64,000 bases of DNA from Sphyrna mokarran (lineage: Eukaryota), in NCBI GenBank assembly GCA_024679065.1, contig JAGIQG010000036.1, forward strand, positions 12,710,001 to 12,774,000, in the 5' to 3' direction. The notes beneath the pieces are model-generated. The model worked only from the letters and a program-made list of their open reading frames with translations. It made no database searches and was not told the origin of the DNA. Below are positions 63,403 to 64,000 of the stretch, one piece after another. Made by a program: the position numbers and the translations under genes. How positions within the stretch are numbered: position 1 is the stretch's first letter; each line of letters opens with the position of its first letter.

Positions 63403-64000
63403 CTGTGAAACACAGAGTGAGATTCAAACTCAGAATATAATTATAAACTCTCTCCCCATATAGCTGTGCTTCCTACCCGCTGCCTCTCCCCCTTTCTCTA
63501 TGTATTCCCCTCTGCTTACTCTCTCTTTCTTTAACTATTTTTCTCCTGCTCTCTATATTTCTGTGCCCTCCTTTTCTCTCTCTGGCATTTAATCTCTTTT
63601 CTTCGGTCTGTTTTGTTTCCTCTATCGATGTTTCTTTGATTCTCTTGTACTATCTCAATCGCTATGTATATGCTCTCCCCTCTTCCTCTCTGTCTCCATC
63701 TCCTCTGCCCCTGCATACCTCACTCTGTCTCTTAATTCCTCGTTCTCACCCTTAATTCTATTAATGTTTCTATTAATCTCTATTAATGTTTCTTATTTTC
63801 CCCTCAGTTTGTTTGGCTGTCTGATTCTCTGCCTCAAAAACACCCGTTTTCACTCTTTTCCTGTGCCTTTCAACCCCTATCTCTGCTTTCCCCTGAGTAT
63901 CGTGGTCTCGCTCCCGCGTTCATTATTTCTAAATCTCTCTCCCTCTATCTCTCCTCTCACCCTCCCTCGTTCTGTATTATCTCAATTTGTCTCTCCAGGA

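Overview
Eukaryotic DNA from a cartilaginous fish (shark-type CR1 LINEs, V-SINEs and a ~33-bp minisatellite). The window holds part of a germline antigen-receptor V-segment array, most consistent with the T-cell receptor beta (TRB) locus. I find 13 open V gene segments and one V pseudogene, all on the minus strand. Each open V ends at a RAG recombination signal (11 with a 23-bp spacer, one with 22 bp, one with a damaged nonamer), and 12 have an identifiable phase-1 leader exon. Eight Vs belong to a 'CAW(S)' family; one of them (61.4-61.9 kb) strongly resembles mammalian TRBV30. The others are two classical 'GLTLIGY' TRBVs, one V with a CDR2 Cys-x5-Cys pair, and two very divergent Vs (CSIWQGNMTxYWLHW). 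No D, J or C segment is visible, and the first 13.5 kb is V-free. The intergenic DNA is packed with CR1 and other LINE fragments, SINEs, Penelope remnants (one with an intact minimal hammerhead ribozyme), a decayed 28S rRNA fragment and a ~420-bp-arm inverted repeat. Repeat boundaries are approximate and all family calls are by eye, without database searches.
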